DNA from: Chiloscyllium plagiosum
Lineage: Eukaryota
DNA length: 37,054 bases
Assembly (NCBI RefSeq): GCF_004010195.1
Contig: NC_057750.1
Coordinates: forward strand, 17,196,225 to 17,233,278
Direction of reading: 5' to 3'
The position numbers were made by a program, and so were the translations under genes. The notes below the pieces were generated by a model that saw only the letters and a program-made list of their open reading frames with translations, searched no databases and was not told the DNA's origin. Shown piece by piece: positions 33,528 through 37,054 of this stretch (position 1 is the first letter of the stretch; each line of letters starts with the position of its first letter).

Positions 33528-34467
33528 TGTTCCATCACTTTAGTGATAATTGAGAGTACATTCATGGGATGGGAACTATTGGATTGGATTTGTCCTGCTT
33601 TTACTGTATGGGACATAGCTGGGCAATTTTACATATTGTCAGGTAGCTAGATTTCATTGTCATAACAATACTGGAAGATTTTGTCTAGGGGAGTGGCAAG
33701 TTCTGAAGCATAGGTCCTCAGTATTATTGCTGAAATTTTGTCAGGGCCCATAGCCCAGTATCCAGTGCCTCAAACCATTTCTTGATATCACATGGAGTGA
33801 ATTGAATTGACTGAAGACTGGTATGTGTGATGCTGGGGAACACTGAAGGAGACTGAGATGGATCATCCACTTGGCACTTCTGACTGAAGATTGCTGCAAA
33901 TGCTTCAGCCTTATCATTTGCACTGATGAGCTGTGCTCTTCCATCATTGAAGATGGGGTACTTATGGAGCCTCCTCCTGCAGTGAGTTGTTTAGTTGTCC
34001 ACCACCATTCACAACTGAATGTGGCAAGACTTCAAAGCTTAGATCTGATCCATTGCTTTTGGGATCGCTTAGCTCTGTGTATCACCTGCTTCTTGTCTTG
34101 TTTGGTGTGCAAATAGTCCTGTTTGGTGGCTTCACCAGGTTGACACCTCATTTTCAGTAATGCCTGGTGCTACTCCTGGCATGCCCTCCCGCACTCTCCA
34201 TTGAACCAGGGTTAATCCCCTGGCTTGATGGTAATGGTTGAGTGGGAGGTATGTCAGGCAACTTTGAGGGATTGATGTACATGGAAACCGAGATCTCTCT
34301 GCTCATCCACACTACAAAATTAGGAAGCCTGGTGCCTAGGTCAATACCAGGTTGTCTGTCCAGTTTCATTTCTTTGTTGAGACTTTGTAGCAATTGATCC
34401 ATCTGGGTGGCCATTTCAGAGGGCAGGTGAGAGTCAACCATATTGCTGTGGGTCTGGAGTGACTTAA

Positions 34468-34553
34468 CTGATGAAGAGCTTTTGCCCGAAAACATCGATT
34501 CTCCTGCTCCTTGGATGCTGCCTGACCTGCTGTGCTTTTCCAACACCACACTC
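34468..34553 (+). mobile_element. Short Penelope pseudo-LTR fragment beginning at the hammerhead core
   Basis: CTGATGA-A-GAGC-TTTT-GCCC-GAAAACAT-C-GATT followed by the standard body. Confidence 0.85.
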
Positions 34554-34571
34554 ATAATTGCCTAAACTGTG

Positions 34572-34697
34572 CACTCTCTTAACTGCCCTCTGAAATGGTT
34601 GAGCAAGCCAATCAGTTCAAGGTGAGTATTAGGAATGTTCAGAGGTAATAAATACTGGTCCAGTCAGTGACACACATGAAATAATAAAAAAGAAAAG
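34572..34697 (+). mobile_element. 3' part of a SINE sharing both its body and tail with the family-B LINE
   Basis: CTCTTAACTGCCCTCTGAAATGG (family-B 5' region) followed within about 60 bp by AATAAATACTGGTCCAG...poly-A (family-B 3' tail). Confidence 0.7.
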
Positions 34698-34744
34698 TCT
34701 TGAAAAATGTAGGTGCTTCTGGGCAGGGTTTTGATTGATCAGGG

Positions 34745-35100
34745 AAGGGTTTGGCTGTAGAGAATAGAGGCAGGAGCTTTTCCAGGAGACTTTTCCCTTA
34801 TCTCTTTCAAAAGATTTCTTGGAGGATTGGGAAACCAGAGGGATACGGGTTTAAGATATTTGGCAAAGGGGCCTGAATGACATGAGGAAAACCATTTTTT
34901 TGCACACTTGTAACTAGAATATTCTGCCTGAAAGGGTGTTGCAAGAGGATTCAACAGTTGCTATTCAAACGAAAATTGAATAAGTACTTGTGTGGGATTT
35001 TCTATTTACGGAGCTATGGAGAAAGTGAGGATATTTATTTGGATAGTTCTACCAAACGCTCAGCCCAGACCGAATGACCTCTTTCTGGGCTGTTCCGTTC
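34745..35100 (+). mobile_element. Old CR1 3' fragment
   Basis: ACCAGAGGGATACGGGTTTAAG...CATGAGGAAAACC...CTGCCTGAAAGGGTG...CCGAATGACCTCTTTCTG. Confidence 0.7.
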
Positions 35101-35229
35101 ATTTCTGCACTGGAGTAATTGCTGCCCCAAATTCTGCTATTTTCCATTAAATGGCCCAAGGACAGGGAACATCCTCAGCAAGTCCAAATAATAACAAACC
35201 ACTTGACTTACTTAAGAGGTTAAGGTGCT

Positions 35230-35850
35230 GCCAGAGAAACTGAAATTCCGGTATTTTGGGCGGGGAAATGGGTCTGAATCGAATACAGAGAAGAAAATGT
35301 GAAGGTTGCAAATTGGCAAGGCTTCAGCTTGCTGTTGCCTTGCTGCACAATTCCGAATTGTTGCCTTGTGTCGAGAATGGATCCGCAGGTTCGCTTGTTA
35401 TAAAATCATATTGCAGGATGATTAATTGTTTGGCACAGTGTTAGTTGGTTGTACGTTGTTCAATATTTTGCTAAGTCCCTAACGGCCAACTGATCAAGTG
35501 CTTTGGGGCAACATGATTCTGAACCACGCAGACTTGGCAAGTGCCAAGTTTTATTGTTGAATTAGGTTGTGAGCAGCGTTTTAGGCTCCGTGCTCGAATC
35601 TTCCGGTGAGCCCAGTCAAGGAAAAAAAAGGGGAGATTTATAATACCTGCATAATGCTTCCGGGAAACGTGGGGCGCTGCGGCTTTCAGAGGGCTCTGCG
35701 GTACTCTCTGATCAATATGGTGCAAGTGTATTAAACACATCCACTTGCTGACTTCACTAAATACTGTGAGGGCAGTCCCGGGGAGGAGTTACAATGGTCC
35801 AAATTGCCTTAAGCTGAGAACAGATAGAATTATCACTTTCGTGCTCTCGA
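35230..35850. promoter_or_regulatory. CpG-retaining unique region with ISRE-like, GC-box, ETS and GAS motifs (candidate enhancer/promoter)
   Basis: GAAACTGAAA 35236-35245, GGGCGGGG 35258-35265, CTTCCGGT 35600-35607, TTCCGGGAA 35658-35666; about 20 CpGs in about 600 bp. Confidence 0.4.
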
Positions 35851-36087
35851 TGTTGACTGGACAAATGAAAATTGAGTAGCATCCTAAGGACAACCCAGTG
35901 CTTTAATGCAACAACATATTGTTGTGGAATCATGTTATGTTATGAAGCTTCCCAAGGCACTTTATGGGAGCATTCCAGAGTAAAACTAAAGTGAGCTGCA
36001 GAAAGGCATCGTAGGCTAAATGGCCAAAATCTTGGGCAAAGGGTTTTAATAGCTTCTTACGTTGGGGGCTGGGGGTGGGGGAGGAGA

Positions 36088-36445
36088 CCATCTATTGACT
36101 CCATCTACAGTACACTCCTTGCTGCCTCTGGAAGGTCCCTCCATCCCAGTTATAATCCCCTCCAAGTTCTACCTTCAGGGAGAAGCTACAAAAGCTTAAA
36201 CACACGTACTAACAAATTCAAGAACAGCTCCTTCCTCATTGGTAATAGACTTCTGAATGGACCTCTCAAATTTTAAATGTAATGTTGATCTCACTCTTTG
36301 TGCAGCTGCAACATTGTATTCGTCGCTCTGTTCTATTGCCCTTATTCCCTTTGTATGTTATGATCTGCTTATAGTGCATTCAAAAGAAAACATGGGTCAC
36401 TGTACCTAGGTACATGTGACAATAAATCAACTCAGATCAAATCAA
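36088..36445 (+). mobile_element. Rex1/Babar LINE 3' end
   Basis: PSIDSIY...LPSGRSYKSLNTRTNKFKNSSF; tail CACTGTACCTAGGTACATGTGACAATAAA(TCAAA)n. Confidence 0.8.
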
Positions 36446-36522
36446 GACAGCTGAAAACACAGTTACCAATGGCGGAATGATTGAATTCAGGAAGAGGTCA
36501 GAGTTAGAAGAGCACAGATCTT

Positions 36523-36618
36523 ATACTCCACAACCACCTGATGTAGGAGCAGCGCTCCGAAAGCTAGTGTTTCCAAATAAACCTGTTGGACTATAACCTG
36601 GTGTTGTGAGATTTTTAA
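36523..36618 (+). mobile_element. Short Penelope pseudo-LTR insert (subfamily 2) with hammerhead motif
   Basis: 36535-36569 CAC-CTGATGT-A-GGAGC-AGC-GCTCC-GAA-AGCT-A-GTG (A9>U); imperfect TSD CACAGAT(AT)CTT at 36513-36522 and 36619-36630. Confidence 0.85.
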
Positions 36619-36910
36619 CACAGATATCTTGGTTGAGGCGAAAGATTGAGCATGGCAATGGAGAGTTTTCATATTAGTACTCACCCAGAGTCCAGCATAA
36701 GTCAGTCAGCACAGTGATGATAAATGAATAGAATTCAATGCAGTTAAAGACATGGGTAGCAGAGTTCAGTTTGGGATGAACTGAGGCTTATAAAAGCAAC
36801 AAATATGGGAGACACTACCAGAGTATATTGGAATCGGCAAGTGCAGATGTAACAAAGGCACTAATGAGGATTTCAGCAGCAGATAAGAGGAGAAGTAGGA
36901 CTGGATTTGT

Positions 36911-37054
36911 GTGGCACGGTGGCCCAGTGGTTAGCACTGCTGCCTCGCAGCACCAGAGACCCGGGTTCAATTCCCGCCTCAGGTGACTGACTGTGTGGAG
37001 TTTGCACATTCTCCCCGTGTCTGCGTGGGTTTCCTCCGGGTGCTCCGGTTTCCT
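36911..37054 (+). mobile_element. HE1-type V-SINE (cut by window end)
   Basis: Near-identical to 7127-7270: A box, B box GGTTCAATTCC, V-domain. Confidence 0.93.

Larger units (their letters stand above)
30178..34462 (-). mobile_element. Family-B LINE with internal EN deletion, interrupted by a CR1 (31328-33527)
   Basis: SDAQFGFHQGHLAPDL...VTAPNIKAAFN; GVPLGSVLEPTFFSCFINDF...FADD; poly-A 3' end at 30178; 33530-34250 aligns with 3080-3750. Confidence 0.9.
35908..36900 (-). mobile_element. L2 LINE 3' region, interrupted by Rex1/Babar and PLE inserts
   Basis: Minus strand LSAAEILISAFVTSALADSNILW (L2 AETLIHAFVTSRLDYSN-like); 3' tail at about 35908-36060. Confidence 0.75.

Overview
Vertebrate non-coding DNA, almost certainly from a cartilaginous fish (shark), judged from HE1-type V-SINEs, DeuSINE fragments and the CR1/L2/Rex1/Penelope repertoire. 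I found no intact protein-coding gene or recognisable host exon. Most of the window is nested, decayed retroelements: many CR1 LINE pieces, a second CR1/L2-group LINE family ('family B') that appears to carry a tRNA-like head, L2, Rex1/Babar and SINEs. A 3 kb array of 107 identical 28-bp G-rich units (12147-15142) lies in a probable Tigger-like element and explains the four >1000-aa ORFs, which are spurious. The most notable system is about 12 Penelope-like (PLE) pieces. Most carry a recognisable or decayed minimal type-I hammerhead ribozyme motif with compensatory covariation between subfamilies, six have 12-16 bp target-site duplications (TSDs), and insert ends cluster at the ribozyme. One copy (19324-19357, minus) has an intact core. 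Other points are a 70-bp locally templated insertion, a strong CTCF motif and two CpG-retaining unique regions with signalling-type TF motif clusters. Repeat boundaries are read by eye and approximate. Family names come from recognised motifs, not database searches.
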